Shown here piece by piece: positions 17,901-27,296 of a stretch of 48,334 bases of DNA. The notes beneath the pieces were generated by a model. That model ran no database searches and had not been told where the DNA came from. It saw nothing but the letters and a program-made list of their open reading frames with translations. The stretch comes from Pedosphaera sp. GTDB lineage: Bacteria > Verrucomicrobiota > Verrucomicrobiia > Limisphaerales > SIBH01. How positions within the stretch are numbered: the stretch's first letter is position 1; each line of letters opens with the position of its first letter. The position numbers were made by a program, and so were the translations under genes. Location: assembly GCA_031414955.1 (NCBI GenBank), contig JANOQV010000011.1, forward strand, positions 1 through 48,334, given 5' to 3'.

Positions 17901-20900
17901 ACGACGCCCAGGGCGCGGGCACCGCCGGCTCGCCCGAAGGTTCGTTGTTGTTCAACACCGTCGGCATTTTCTCCGGCGAACTTGTCCAGGCCATCGGCAA
18001 CCAGGTCATCACCACGATCAAGAATCAGCCCTCCATCATTGTGCAGAAGAGCGGCCCCTCCGTGATGGAGGCCGGGGTGTCGTTCGACTGGGTGGTGAGC
18101 TACTACAACAACTCGCAGACTCCGGCCCAGAGTGTGATCATCACCGACACGCTGCCGCCGGGCATCACCTTCCTCAGCGCCACGCACGCTTGGAACGCCG
18201 TGGTCACTGGCGCGCCGCCGGACGACAACGGCCTGGTCGTCCCCACCAGTGCGGTCGTGAACCCGGATGGCTCCACCACGGTGACTTTCGTCATCGCCGG
18301 GGCGGTCGCGTATCGCGGCAACGGCGTCCCGCTCGCCAGCCTCGAAGGCGGTAAACTCACCCTGAAGGTGAAGTCCGATCCCGCCACTGCCTCCGGCACT
18401 CAGCGCATCAACCTGGCCTGTGGCACCGCCGACACGACCGGCGACTCGACCACCAGTTGCGATGATCATCAGGTGACCATTTTCCGTCCCGACCTCGAAC
18501 TGTTGAAATATGCCGCTCCGGCCACCGTGCCGGCCGGCGGCACCGTGACCTACCAGTTGGTCATCGCCAACCGCGGCCCGATCAACGCCCGCGGAGTGGC
18601 CCTCGTGGATCAGTTGCCGGCGGACGTAAGCTACGTGCCCGGTTCCCTCGTGGTGCTCACGCCCGGCTACACGCTCGCCGCCCCGGCCAGCAGCGGGCAG
18701 ACGCTCACCTGGAGCACGACCAATGGAAACGCGCTGACCCGCACCGGATTGCCGGCGGGCGAAGTGCCCGGCGCTTCCGGCAACATCCTCATCCAGTTCA
18801 ATGTGGAGGTTGGCGCGACTGTGCCGGGCTGCACCACGCTCAATAACTGCGCGCACGTTTCCACCCTCTCCGTCGAGGAAGGTGCGTATGCGAATGCCTT
18901 CTGCGCCGCCGTCACCGTGCCGCCGCCGGAACTGGCCGTCGCCAAATCCGGACCGCTCCTCGCGCGGCCCGGCAACCGCGTCTCCTGGGATCTCTCGTGG
19001 GTCAACCAGAGTCTTCAAGCGGCGACGGGCGTCTATCTGGTGGATACGCTGCCGAACAGCAACCTCGACGCGAATAGCGACGTGACCTTTGTGGGCGTGA
19101 ACGCCCCGGGTGTGGCGGTTTACTACCATGCCGGATCGCTCATCGCGGCGGCTCCGTTTAATCCGCTTGATCCGCTCTGCTGTGGCTGGTCCGCCATGCA
19201 GACCACGCCGGTCAACCGCATCGCCTTGCTTGTGGGCGCGCTGGCCGGGAACACCGGTCCGTTCTTCGCGCAGGTCAGCGTCGATCTCATTGATCCTATT
19301 ACCGACATCCTCCCGACGGCCGGCAGCTCCTTCACCAACACCGTGGTCATCGCCCAGGCCCTGCCGCTCTGTGAAGACACCGCTGACAACACCGCCACCG
19401 CCGTCGTGCGCACGCCCGCGCTCGATCTGGCCCTGACCAAGACCGGTTCGGTGGAAGGCACCCTCCCCGGCCTCGCGCCGGGCCAGCCGCTCACTTACAC
19501 CCTGGCGTTTGAAAACCTCGGCACCGTCAACGCCCACGGCGTGCGCATCACCGACACCATTCCGACCACGCTCGTCATGGGCAGTCCGCTCGACAACTTC
19601 ACCGTCGTCGCGCTCGCGGAGGCCGGTGGCAACGCGGTTCGCCCGGTGGATGCGGGCGGCCTTCCCATCGTCGGGGCCGTGCCGGTGACGCGCGTGATCA
19701 GCGGTTCCCTCGTCACCTGGTATCTGGGCACGACCGCGCCGGGTGACGCGCTCTACTACAAAAAAGTTGGACTCCCGCCGGGCAGCAAAGGCTCCTTCCA
19801 ACTGCACACGACCGTGGCCGAGGCCGTGGCTGACAACACCCCGGTGTGCAATCCCGCCACCGTGTTCGCGGACGTCGTGGCGGAAGATGGCGGCGTCACG
19901 GAGGAGGTGCTCGACAACAACACCAGCCAGAGCTGCGTCACCGTGCGCCGGGCCGACGTGGCGGTGCGCAAGCACGGTGTGGAAGTGGGCTCGGGCGATC
20001 CGGCCTTCGCCGAGCGGGGCGCGCTGATTCATTACACCATCGAATACAACAACCTCGGCAGCTTCACCGCGCACGATGTGGTCATTGATGAAATCGTGCC
20101 GAACGGCACGACGCTGGTGGGCGTGAACCCGCCGCCCGGTTCCACCGTGACCTATTCACCGAACGAATTTGGCGCGACCAGCTTCTCCGTCCGCTTCGAC
20201 ACGCTGACCGCTCCGGCCAACTCGGTGCGCAGCGCGGTCGGTTCGTCGGGCGGTGATCACACTCCGCCCACGCTCGATTCCGTGGCCGTCGATTGCCTGA
20301 ACAACCGGCTGACCCTCACCTTCAGCGAGCGCATGGACCTCGGTCGTGCCACCAGCCTGTCGAGCTACCGCATCACGCCTGGTGTGACGCTTCAGGGGCT
20401 GGAACTTTCGGCGGATGGCCGGATGGTCTTCCTCACCACCAGCCCCATGCTCGCCAGCAACAACTACGTGCTGACCGTGAGCAATGTCACCGACCTGGCC
20501 GGCAACTTTATGTCGAGCAACGCCTTCGTGACGGTGCGCTGCCCCACGGCGCCGGTGATTGTCACGCCACCGTCGAACCGGACGGTGGAGGAGGGGCACT
20601 CGGCCACGTTCACCGTCGTGGCCACGGGCGGCGGGACGCTGTTTTACCAGTGGCAGAACGGCTCGAATAATATTCCGGGAGCGACCAACGTGACGTTCAC
20701 TTTGAACCCGGTGTCACTGGCCGATAATGGCAACACTTACAGTGTGGTGGTTGCCAACGCGCTGGGGTCGGCGAGCGCCAGCGCGAGCTTGACGGTAATT
20801 CCGGACACCACCGGCCCCGTGCTCCTCAGCGCCGTGCTGGATCCCACACGCACCACCATTTGGCTCACCTGGAACGAACTCATGAGTCCTGGTGCCGCGT

Positions 20901-23900
20901 TGGAGACGGGCAATTACTTTGTCGGAGGAGCGTTTGCTGGGGCGCAGGTCGCTTCCGTCGATTACCTCGGCTCGAACGTGCTGTTGCACCTTGTCCAGCC
21001 AGCGGGATTCCCGTCGTTCGGCGGCAGCTTTGTGGAAGCGATGTTCCAGAGCGATCTGGCCGGGAACGTCGTTTCTGTTTCATCGGTGGTTGCGTTCGAC
21101 AATTTGCCGGTCCTCCAGCCGCATGGCACGAATTGCTGCGCCTCCTGCACGGCGTCCGAGATGGTGACCAACACGATTGTGGTGACCAATGGAGACAACT
21201 TCCTCGTGGCTCCCGCATGTGGTGGAGGGAGCAACCATATGCTCAGCACGCTCCTGCCGGGAGTGCCTGAGGATTCATACGTGCTGAAGTGGAATGATGT
21301 GTTCCAGGTTTTCAGTGATCCTGCCTACTTTATTGGTGGCGAGTGGTCCCCCGACTTCCTCCTCGTTCCGGGGGAGGCCTTCGTCCTCCATCTGGAGCCG
21401 GGCTCTCCTCCCCATCTCACCTTCATCGGCTGCCCGTCAGCGTGCCCGCTGCCTTGTCAGCCGCCGCTTGGTGCCTTCACCTTCGTGGGCAAAATCGGCT
21501 CAGATCCGTTGACTTACTCGAACTTCTTCAGTTGCGCGCCGGTCTGCGGCACCCAATTAAACATATGGAATGCCGCTGGCCAAACTTTTGATGTGTTCAA
21601 CTTCCTGAACGGGGCGTGGAGTCCGTACGAGCCGGTGGTGCCGAACGGTGTCGCGGCCTTGGTCGCGGTTTTCCCGACGACCAATTGTCCCCCGCTGCCG
21701 CCGGTCAGCGACTGCTTGCCCTTGAACACGAATGGCGTCTATGAGGCTGTGGCGGCCGCGAACCCCCACCTCTTCCTCGGCTGGAAGACGCTGTTCGTGG
21801 AGAACACCATTCCCGCCGGCGAGCACATCACTTATAGCGTCGGACGGCTGGAGTTCGGGATTCCCGTTTATGACCTCGGCCCGCTCTACACTTCAGTGAG
21901 CATCGGGTTGGACGGGTTGGACCTTTCGGGCATCAACCCGGCCTACACCAACCTGGTCATCCGCGCCGAGCCTTCGAGCGGGAACGGCACCAACAGCCCG
22001 TGCTTCAAGTCCTGGCTGATGACTTACGACTCGTTGAACTGGCCGTCCTTCGACTTCACCGTGCGGGTGAACGACGATTCCTGCGGCGGCCCAATGCCGA
22101 TCAACAACGTGGTCTCGATCAGCACGACCACACCCGAGATCAGCCTGGCCAATAACAGCGCCAGCTATTCGATGAACACGCGCCTCACTGAGTTGGGCGT
22201 GCAACTGAGCGTGAACAAGGCGGCAGCCCTCACGGGTGAGACCTTGACCTACCAACTCGGTTGGAACGCGGACGGCCCACAGCCCGCGACCCGCGCTTAC
22301 CTGCAAGTGGTGCTGGCCGATGGCAATGGCAACGGAGTCGCCGACGTGACCTTCACTTCGTTCATCGCCGTGCCGGCCGTAACCGCGTATTACCACCCCG
22401 CCTCCACGCTCACGCCGCCTTTGTTCGACCCGAACAACGCGACGGCGAACGGCTGGATCCCGTGGACCGTTCCCACGGCGACCGCGAACCACATCGTCTT
22501 CGCGCTTGGCGATCTCGCGCCGAACAGTGCCGGGAACATCAGTTTCGCGGCCGTCATTGCACCCACCGCAGCGGGCCGGACTTTGATTAGCAGCGTGACC
22601 GGCCACACCGCGCGCCGCGAGACCGATTGCGACAACACCGGTTCGGCCCTGACCTTCGTGGGCCGGCTGTCCAACGTCTTTGTGCAGCAGACCGGCCCCG
22701 GCTGCGTGCATCCGGGCGATCTGATTACTTTCACCCTCCGCTACGGCAACAACGGCAACAGCAACGCCGCCGACGTGGTGCTGAACGACTTGCTGCCGGC
22801 GGGTCTGACCTTCGACTCCGCCGTGCCCGCGCCGACCAGCGTGGCCGGCCAGACCGTGAGTTGGAACAACCTCGGTGCGACGCCCGGCACGCTGGTTGTG
22901 AACGAGACCGGAGTCATCACCTTGAGGGCGCGGCTGGCCAATGACTGCGCGCTGGTCGATCAGATCCTGGCCAACGTGGCGACTATCGCTACCAGCACCG
23001 CCGAGGTGAACCTGGCCGACAATCGCGCCCAGGCCATGCTCGATTGCATCACGGCGGACGTGGTGAGCCTGAACGGGTTCGTTTACCACGACCGTGACAA
23101 CGACGGGTTGCGCGAACTGGGTGCGGGCGAACTCGGGATTCCCAACGTGACCGTCACACTGACCGGCACCGACTGGTGTGGCGTGCCGGTGACGCCACAG
23201 AACACGCTCACCGATCAGGACGGCCAGTACAGTTTTGTGGGGTTAAACCCAGGTACCTACACGTTGACGGAGACGCAGCCGGGCACCTGGGCCACGGTCA
23301 GTGATACGCGCGGCACGGTGGATGGAACGCTGCGCGGGAATAACACGGACCAGCTCGACAACGTGATCGGAAGCATCACCCTCAATGGCGGCGACAACGG
23401 CGTGGAATACAATTTCGGCGAGAACTACCTGAGCCTCGGCAACCTCGTCTGGCAGGATGACAACAACAACGGCCAGCGCGAGGGCGGCGAGTCGGGCCTG
23501 GATGGCGTGGCCGTGCAACTGTGGTCGCCGGGCGCGAACACCGTGATCGGTGGCGGCGATGATCAACTACTGAACAGCGCCGCCACGGCGAACGGCGGGC
23601 GCTACCACTTCACGCGCCTGCTACCGGGCAATTATTACGTGGTGATTCCTGGGTTGAACTTCACTTCGGGCGGACGCCTCGAAACGCTGCCCGTGAGTTC
23701 GACCCCGACGATCACCACGGATACCGGTGCTATTGGCCCGGATAATCGCGACATGGGCCGGCAGTCCGGCGGCGCAGGCACCCAGACTGTCAGCCCGGTG
23801 GTGAATCTGGCGCTCGGCCTGGAAGCTCCCGCAGCCGTGGACGGCGACGACTTCAACGGAATGCTGACGCTCGACTTCGGTTTCCGTCCGGCCAGCTCGA

Positions 23901-25243
23901 ACGCCGTGGCCTGCTGCGGTGTCACGCAGGGCTTCTACGGGAACACCAAAGGCAAGTTCAACGGCGTGACCTCGACGCGCATCGTGAGCAATCTGCTCGC
24001 GCAGGGCACGCTGGTCGTGGGCCAGATCGGGGCGCGCTCGTTGAGCATTCAGCCGGGCGACTTCAATCTGCTCCAGAAACGCCTGCCGGCCGGCGACACT
24101 CCGGCCACGCTCCCGAACAGCGGCGCGCAAACCCTGGCGACCGCCGTGCTGCCGCTCGACTCGAAGGGCAAGTTCAAGAATGTGCTGCTCGGCCAGACCA
24201 TCACGCTCTCGCTGAATGGACGGCTGAATCCGGCGCTGCGGGCCTTCCGCCCGACGGCGAGTTTCTGCACCCAGGGCACGTTGCCCGGTCCGGACAACCT
24301 GCGCGGCACGGCGGATGACGTGCTGCTGGTGGGCGACCGCCAGAATTTCCAGGTGCCCGCCTCCGTGCTTGTGGCGCTGACCAATGCCGCGCTCGGGATC
24401 AACGATTCGACTGTGCAGGGTCTGCTGGCCCTGGCCAATCGCGGCCTGGCCGGCCTGACCACGGGCGGTGCGAGCCTGTCGGACATCAACGCCGCCGTGG
24501 ACGCCATGAACCGTGGCTTCGACGAGTGTCGCGTGCTGGTGGACTGCGCCAGCGGGGCGATTCTCTACGAAAGTAATGACAACCTCGGAGGCCAGGCGGC
24601 TCCCGCGCTGTTTGATGGCGGAGAATCGGAATCGAGCGGCGCGGCCAGCCTGAATGACTGGATCAAGGCCGACGCCGGCACCGATCTGAACTTCCGGATC
24701 CGGGCCTCGAACCTTGAGGCGACGAAGCTCGCCGGCGAACCGGATCACGCGGGCAACATCGGCGGCAAGTCCGTCTGGTGGGAATGGCGCGCGACCCGTT
24801 CGGGAACGGTGAGCCTCCGCACGGCGAGCAGCGGCTTCGACACCCTGCTGGCCGTCTATACTGGAACCACGCTGGAGAATCTGATCCTCGTGGCGGACAA
24901 TGACGACGCGAGCGACCTGGTCTCGTCCGAAGTGATGTTCCTCGCCGAAGCGGGCGTGAATTACCAAATCGTGGTGGACGGATTCGACGGGGCGTCCGGC
25001 AACATCGTGCTCACCCTCATCTCGGAACGTCCCCAGTTGCGCTGGCCCGTGGTGACGACGGGTGATGCGGTGGAACTCGCCATTGATGGTGAGATCGGCC
25101 GCACCTACTCCGTGGAGGTTTCCTCGGACCTGAATGGCTGGGCCACGGTGGCCGAGGTCACGAACACGGATGGCGTGCTGCGCTTCACCGACCCCGGAGC
25201 CGGAACTGGCCAGCGCTTTTACCGGGTGCAACTGAACTTCTGA
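14927..25243 (+). CDS. 3438-aa giant secreted surface protein: DUF11-like repeats, Ig-like and SdrD B-like domains, FYR C-terminal module
   Basis: Signal peptide. Repeated L...K.G....PG..LTY.L...N.G...A..V...D.LP modules, SdrD-like G.V..D.DNDG..E.GE.G...V.V.L domains, and a PPC-like SVWWEW.A...G......S.FDTLLAVYTG domain. Confidence 0.92.
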   Translation: MKTRINNLRPALRYFLLLVLLAWWSGGAFHPLHAAVVVNDNDGYFQDDYGNNLGVFSASSVRVAGGAVSLIAPNVTGHFTTVEIVPTSFDRWKDLTVTPGSLFAAGDLMVRVLDEEGVNELIALQPVNGPISLASLNSPLVPGIRVQVFFSKPPTSPVAPTVNNLEVTWNPVSQLLLGQQGPAVVQAGGNIVYRVQYAVNYVRAQKLVVYDTLPHGANSSLVYPTEINPTPYPGQSDNVTFLAATRGGVFHAGPAPLDVDGVIIPTNSVYWKLGDVDEGTTELLSFTVRTRNGTLNGTTLTNHAYGDAANAGLTQSPRVVTTIGSAPGPSLLKEGGAGIYKIGGVWQTIAGTVNSFGPNYPYHGIHARNIGNETMYNSVVYDDVTDLLNMIDEQGTPGLPADDFFAVSAGGSFVSNFTPSGGGGSFPAIVWNVGTMQPGADLYFSFSVRLLETPPEPQYVNQACLTSDQTAPMCSQITVKIGLDETPAPPPPAGSPPSFRKTGPETVRHGGSAVFALSGHNSSLVKLNELVFVDRVPTNTTFRSAWIDNPNLIASGAVIFYSTSVILPEDWSNPPPTDYTQAPADLDVSPHNHWKRYDLNPPVNPSDVTWVAFYLPQLDSAHLPTQGTPALANPPTPITGAAGYYEVTVFSPANPCSDDVVFNRGLFEVNEMTALNGVTNLIEGGPLRSANDWTVQVVGTRPQLSVNSAISPGEVVLPGHSTYSLSVINGGPDYFHPLDALANVEAVVQLSQILINGVLQYPSVQGFSPAGSYDQLHGRFVFALGLMAPGTSRSIQVQLDLPAGILDETEYTVGATVTGQGARCGPVSASTGARGKVQSSPKLRVFKRDVVDLITSGAEYDYELEYINLGTAPSTKTWVVDRVPKKTVFVQATGNPTITAVWFSCVDNLPPQALTPFTPIDGSTIAAFFSPGDFHDNGTPLDQTDDYWTSSCGLAGEQTYWIAWEVDEPALNPPQLALNTPRTVGFTARNDHDAQGAGTAGSPEGSLLFNTVGIFSGELVQAIGNQVITTIKNQPSIIVQKSGPSVMEAGVSFDWVVSYYNNSQTPAQSVIITDTLPPGITFLSATHAWNAVVTGAPPDDNGLVVPTSAVVNPDGSTTVTFVIAGAVAYRGNGVPLASLEGGKLTLKVKSDPATASGTQRINLACGTADTTGDSTTSCDDHQVTIFRPDLELLKYAAPATVPAGGTVTYQLVIANRGPINARGVALVDQLPADVSYVPGSLVVLTPGYTLAAPASSGQTLTWSTTNGNALTRTGLPAGEVPGASGNILIQFNVEVGATVPGCTTLNNCAHVSTLSVEEGAYANAFCAAVTVPPPELAVAKSGPLLARPGNRVSWDLSWVNQSLQAATGVYLVDTLPNSNLDANSDVTFVGVNAPGVAVYYHAGSLIAAAPFNPLDPLCCGWSAMQTTPVNRIALLVGALAGNTGPFFAQVSVDLIDPITDILPTAGSSFTNTVVIAQALPLCEDTADNTATAVVRTPALDLALTKTGSVEGTLPGLAPGQPLTYTLAFENLGTVNAHGVRITDTIPTTLVMGSPLDNFTVVALAEAGGNAVRPVDAGGLPIVGAVPVTRVISGSLVTWYLGTTAPGDALYYKKVGLPPGSKGSFQLHTTVAEAVADNTPVCNPATVFADVVAEDGGVTEEVLDNNTSQSCVTVRRADVAVRKHGVEVGSGDPAFAERGALIHYTIEYNNLGSFTAHDVVIDEIVPNGTTLVGVNPPPGSTVTYSPNEFGATSFSVRFDTLTAPANSVRSAVGSSGGDHTPPTLDSVAVDCLNNRLTLTFSERMDLGRATSLSSYRITPGVTLQGLELSADGRMVFLTTSPMLASNNYVLTVSNVTDLAGNFMSSNAFVTVRCPTAPVIVTPPSNRTVEEGHSATFTVVATGGGTLFYQWQNGSNNIPGATNVTFTLNPVSLADNGNTYSVVVANALGSASASASLTVIPDTTGPVLLSAVLDPTRTTIWLTWNELMSPGAALETGNYFVGGAFAGAQVASVDYLGSNVLLHLVQPAGFPSFGGSFVEAMFQSDLAGNVVSVSSVVAFDNLPVLQPHGTNCCASCTASEMVTNTIVVTNGDNFLVAPACGGGSNHMLSTLLPGVPEDSYVLKWNDVFQVFSDPAYFIGGEWSPDFLLVPGEAFVLHLEPGSPPHLTFIGCPSACPLPCQPPLGAFTFVGKIGSDPLTYSNFFSCAPVCGTQLNIWNAAGQTFDVFNFLNGAWSPYEPVVPNGVAALVAVFPTTNCPPLPPVSDCLPLNTNGVYEAVAAANPHLFLGWKTLFVENTIPAGEHITYSVGRLEFGIPVYDLGPLYTSVSIGLDGLDLSGINPAYTNLVIRAEPSSGNGTNSPCFKSWLMTYDSLNWPSFDFTVRVNDDSCGGPMPINNVVSISTTTPEISLANNSASYSMNTRLTELGVQLSVNKAAALTGETLTYQLGWNADGPQPATRAYLQVVLADGNGNGVADVTFTSFIAVPAVTAYYHPASTLTPPLFDPNNATANGWIPWTVPTATANHIVFALGDLAPNSAGNISFAAVIAPTAAGRTLISSVTGHTARRETDCDNTGSALTFVGRLSNVFVQQTGPGCVHPGDLITFTLRYGNNGNSNAADVVLNDLLPAGLTFDSAVPAPTSVAGQTVSWNNLGATPGTLVVNETGVITLRARLANDCALVDQILANVATIATSTAEVNLADNRAQAMLDCITADVVSLNGFVYHDRDNDGLRELGAGELGIPNVTVTLTGTDWCGVPVTPQNTLTDQDGQYSFVGLNPGTYTLTETQPGTWATVSDTRGTVDGTLRGNNTDQLDNVIGSITLNGGDNGVEYNFGENYLSLGNLVWQDDNNNGQREGGESGLDGVAVQLWSPGANTVIGGGDDQLLNSAATANGGRYHFTRLLPGNYYVVIPGLNFTSGGRLETLPVSSTPTITTDTGAIGPDNRDMGRQSGGAGTQTVSPVVNLALGLEAPAAVDGDDFNGMLTLDFGFRPASSNAVACCGVTQGFYGNTKGKFNGVTSTRIVSNLLAQGTLVVGQIGARSLSIQPGDFNLLQKRLPAGDTPATLPNSGAQTLATAVLPLDSKGKFKNVLLGQTITLSLNGRLNPALRAFRPTASFCTQGTLPGPDNLRGTADDVLLVGDRQNFQVPASVLVALTNAALGINDSTVQGLLALANRGLAGLTTGGASLSDINAAVDAMNRGFDECRVLVDCASGAILYESNDNLGGQAAPALFDGGESESSGAASLNDWIKADAGTDLNFRIRASNLEATKLAGEPDHAGNIGGKSVWWEWRATRSGTVSLRTASSGFDTLLAVYTGTTLENLILVADNDDASDLVSSEVMFLAEAGVNYQIVVDGFDGASGNIVLTLISERPQLRWPVVTTGDAVELAIDGEIGRTYSVEVSSDLNGWATVAEVTNTDGVLRFTDPGAGTGQRFYRVQLNF

Positions 25244-25319
25244 TCGCGCGGGAGGACGCTCGCGCGCGTTCCGGGGAGACGCTCCTTGCGCGCGGTCAAC
25301 AATCCGCGATCCCGGGCGC

Positions 25320-25454
25320 GCGCCGCGGACGAAGAAAGCCGCGTGCCACCGGAGCCGGAGCCGGAGCCGGAGCCGGAGGATCGCCGCAAGTGGAAGAAGA
25401 CCAACTGGGATGGGAACGAGCAGTGGCCGTGGAAGATCAAGATTGAGGCCTGAG
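25320..25454 (+). pseudogene. Orphan second copy of the sulfite oxidase 3' end
   Basis: Encodes AADEESRVPPEPEPEPEPEDRRKWKKTNWDGNEQWPWKIKIEA*, versus ATDEEDRVQPEAELDPKDRRKWKKTNWDWNEQWPWKIKIEG* in the intact gene. 25379-25454 matches 14537-14612 at 70/76 nt by manual count. Contains (CCGGAG)x5 at 25349-25378. Confidence 0.9.
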
Positions 25455-25601
25455 TTCCCGGAGGACGGCGGAACTGACCATTGGCAGTTCCGCGCGGCGA
25501 TTTGTCGGGTTCAATTGCGAGGGCGCTCCAGATCGGATGGAAGGAACGGTTCCTGTTCCGAGGTCGCAATGAAAGAGACTCTGGCGGAAGGTTTGATCGG
25601 A

Positions 25602-27296
25602 CTATTCCTTGGCCCCGGCCCGTTTGAGCAGTGCCGCCACCGCGTCATATTTCTGCCCGTGACTCAACGCCGTCAGGCCACCGGTCGTTTTGGCGTTGGG
25701 GTCGGCGCCCTTTTCCAGCAGATACTTGATCACTTCCTGATGCCCTTTGCTCGCCGCCATCATCAGGGCCGTCGCCTTTTTGGCGTCCCCGGCGTTAACT
25801 TCCGCGCCTTTCTCCAACAGGTGTTTGACCAGTTCCAGATGGCCGCTTAACGACGCCGTCATCAAGGGGGTCAGTTCCGAGAAGTCGCCCATTCTCAGTT
25901 GCCTGGTGCTCCTAACTTCAACTTCAGCCCCTTTTTTCATTAGCGCCCGGGCCACCTCCAAGTGCCCGGTCTGGGCCGCCACGAACAACGCGGTCTGGCC
26001 GTAGGCGTTCCTAGCATTGACCTTGGCGCCTTTCTCCAACAACTGCTCGACGATTTCCACATGACCTTGGATCGCGGCCATCATCAAGGCGTTCATTCCG
26101 GTAACGACCGTGGCATTGGGGTCAGCGCCTTTCTCCAGGAGTAGTCCGACTACTTTGAGATGCCCCTTTTCGGCCGCGGTCATCAAGACGGTGTAGCCCT
26201 CGGCGCTCGTGGCCTCATTGACCTCGGCCCCTTGTTTGACGGCCAGTTGGGCCGCTGCCAGATCGCCGCTCTGGGCGGCTTTGATCAACTGATCATTAGG
26301 GTCGGCCTCTCCACTATTGCTCGAGGCGGTCGCCTGTTCGAGCAACTGCACGACGGCGGCATTGTTCCGCTTTTTGGCCAAAGTGAGGGCCGTGGTGCCA
26401 TCGGGCATTTTCGCGTTCACCTTGGCTCCTTTCTCCAAGAGGAGCTTGACCATGTCCGTCTGACCAGGTGGGGCTGCGGACACCGCCGCGATTAACGCAC
26501 CGGCACCATGAGTACTCAGGGCATTCACCTTGGCTCCCTTCTCCAATAGAAGTTTGGCCACGGGAAGATGACCTTTGGCCGCAGCCTGCATCAAGGCCGT
26601 GCCGCCAAAAGCGCTCTTGGCATTGACGTCGGCACCTTTCTCCACCAAGTGCCTGACCACCTCCAGATGGCCGTTGTCCGTTGCCATCAACAGGGCTGTC
26701 CCATCCAGCGCGTCGCTCGCCCAGGACCAGGAACTCCTGGCATCGACCCTGGCCCCCTTGGCCAACAGGAGCTTGACCACCTCCAGGTGACCTTTTTGGG
26801 CAGCGTTCATCAACGCAGTCACACGGAGGGCGTTGGTGGCATTGACGTCGGCGCCCTTTTCCAAAAGCGGCTCGACCACTCGCAACTGGCCTTGGGCTGC
26901 CGCAATGAGCAAGGCGGTTTCACCGTTGGCCGCGCTCCCGCAACAATTGTTCCTCGCGTGAATGTCCGCGCCTTTCTGAAGCAGGAGCTTGATCACGTCG
27001 GGATGGCTGTTCTTTGCCGCCTGCATCAGGGCGGTCCAGCCGTCGCGGTCCTTGGTGTTGATATCCGCGCCCTCCGCCAGCGCCGCTTGCACGGCCGCGA
27101 GATCACCTTGTCTCGCCGCTTTGAGCAACGACGGAGCCAGATCGGCCCCTTTGACTCCAACCAAAGCGAGGAGGCCAACCAGAATCGACAGGAGTGCCTT
27201 CCCGCGGTGGTTCACGCGACCCCCGGCGGGATCGGCGTCACGGGGCATCAGGGAACGGCTGGCTTCCAGACTTCTGGCATGTAATGGGCGCGACAT
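25602..27296 (-). CDS. Ankyrin-repeat protein with a probable export signal
   Basis: Many G.TALM.AA..GH..VV..LL.KGA.VNA repeats and a hydrophobic segment LLSILVGLLALVGVKGA. The start could be later than 27296. Confidence 0.9.
   Translation of the reverse strand: MSRPLHARSLEASRSLMPRDADPAGGRVNHRGKALLSILVGLLALVGVKGADLAPSLLKAARQGDLAAVQAALAEGADINTKDRDGWTALMQAAKNSHPDVIKLLLQKGADIHARNNCCGSAANGETALLIAAAQGQLRVVEPLLEKGADVNATNALRVTALMNAAQKGHLEVVKLLLAKGARVDARSSWSWASDALDGTALLMATDNGHLEVVRHLVEKGADVNAKSAFGGTALMQAAAKGHLPVAKLLLEKGAKVNALSTHGAGALIAAVSAAPPGQTDMVKLLLEKGAKVNAKMPDGTTALTLAKKRNNAAVVQLLEQATASSNSGEADPNDQLIKAAQSGDLAAAQLAVKQGAEVNEATSAEGYTVLMTAAEKGHLKVVGLLLEKGADPNATVVTGMNALMMAAIQGHVEIVEQLLEKGAKVNARNAYGQTALFVAAQTGHLEVARALMKKGAEVEVRSTRQLRMGDFSELTPLMTASLSGHLELVKHLLEKGAEVNAGDAKKATALMMAASKGHQEVIKYLLEKGADPNAKTTGGLTALSHGQKYDAVAALLKRAGAKE

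Noticed and set aside
14741..25231. Long antisense ORFs (581, 786, 398 and 536 aa)
   Set aside because: Shadow frames of the GC3-biased giant gene.
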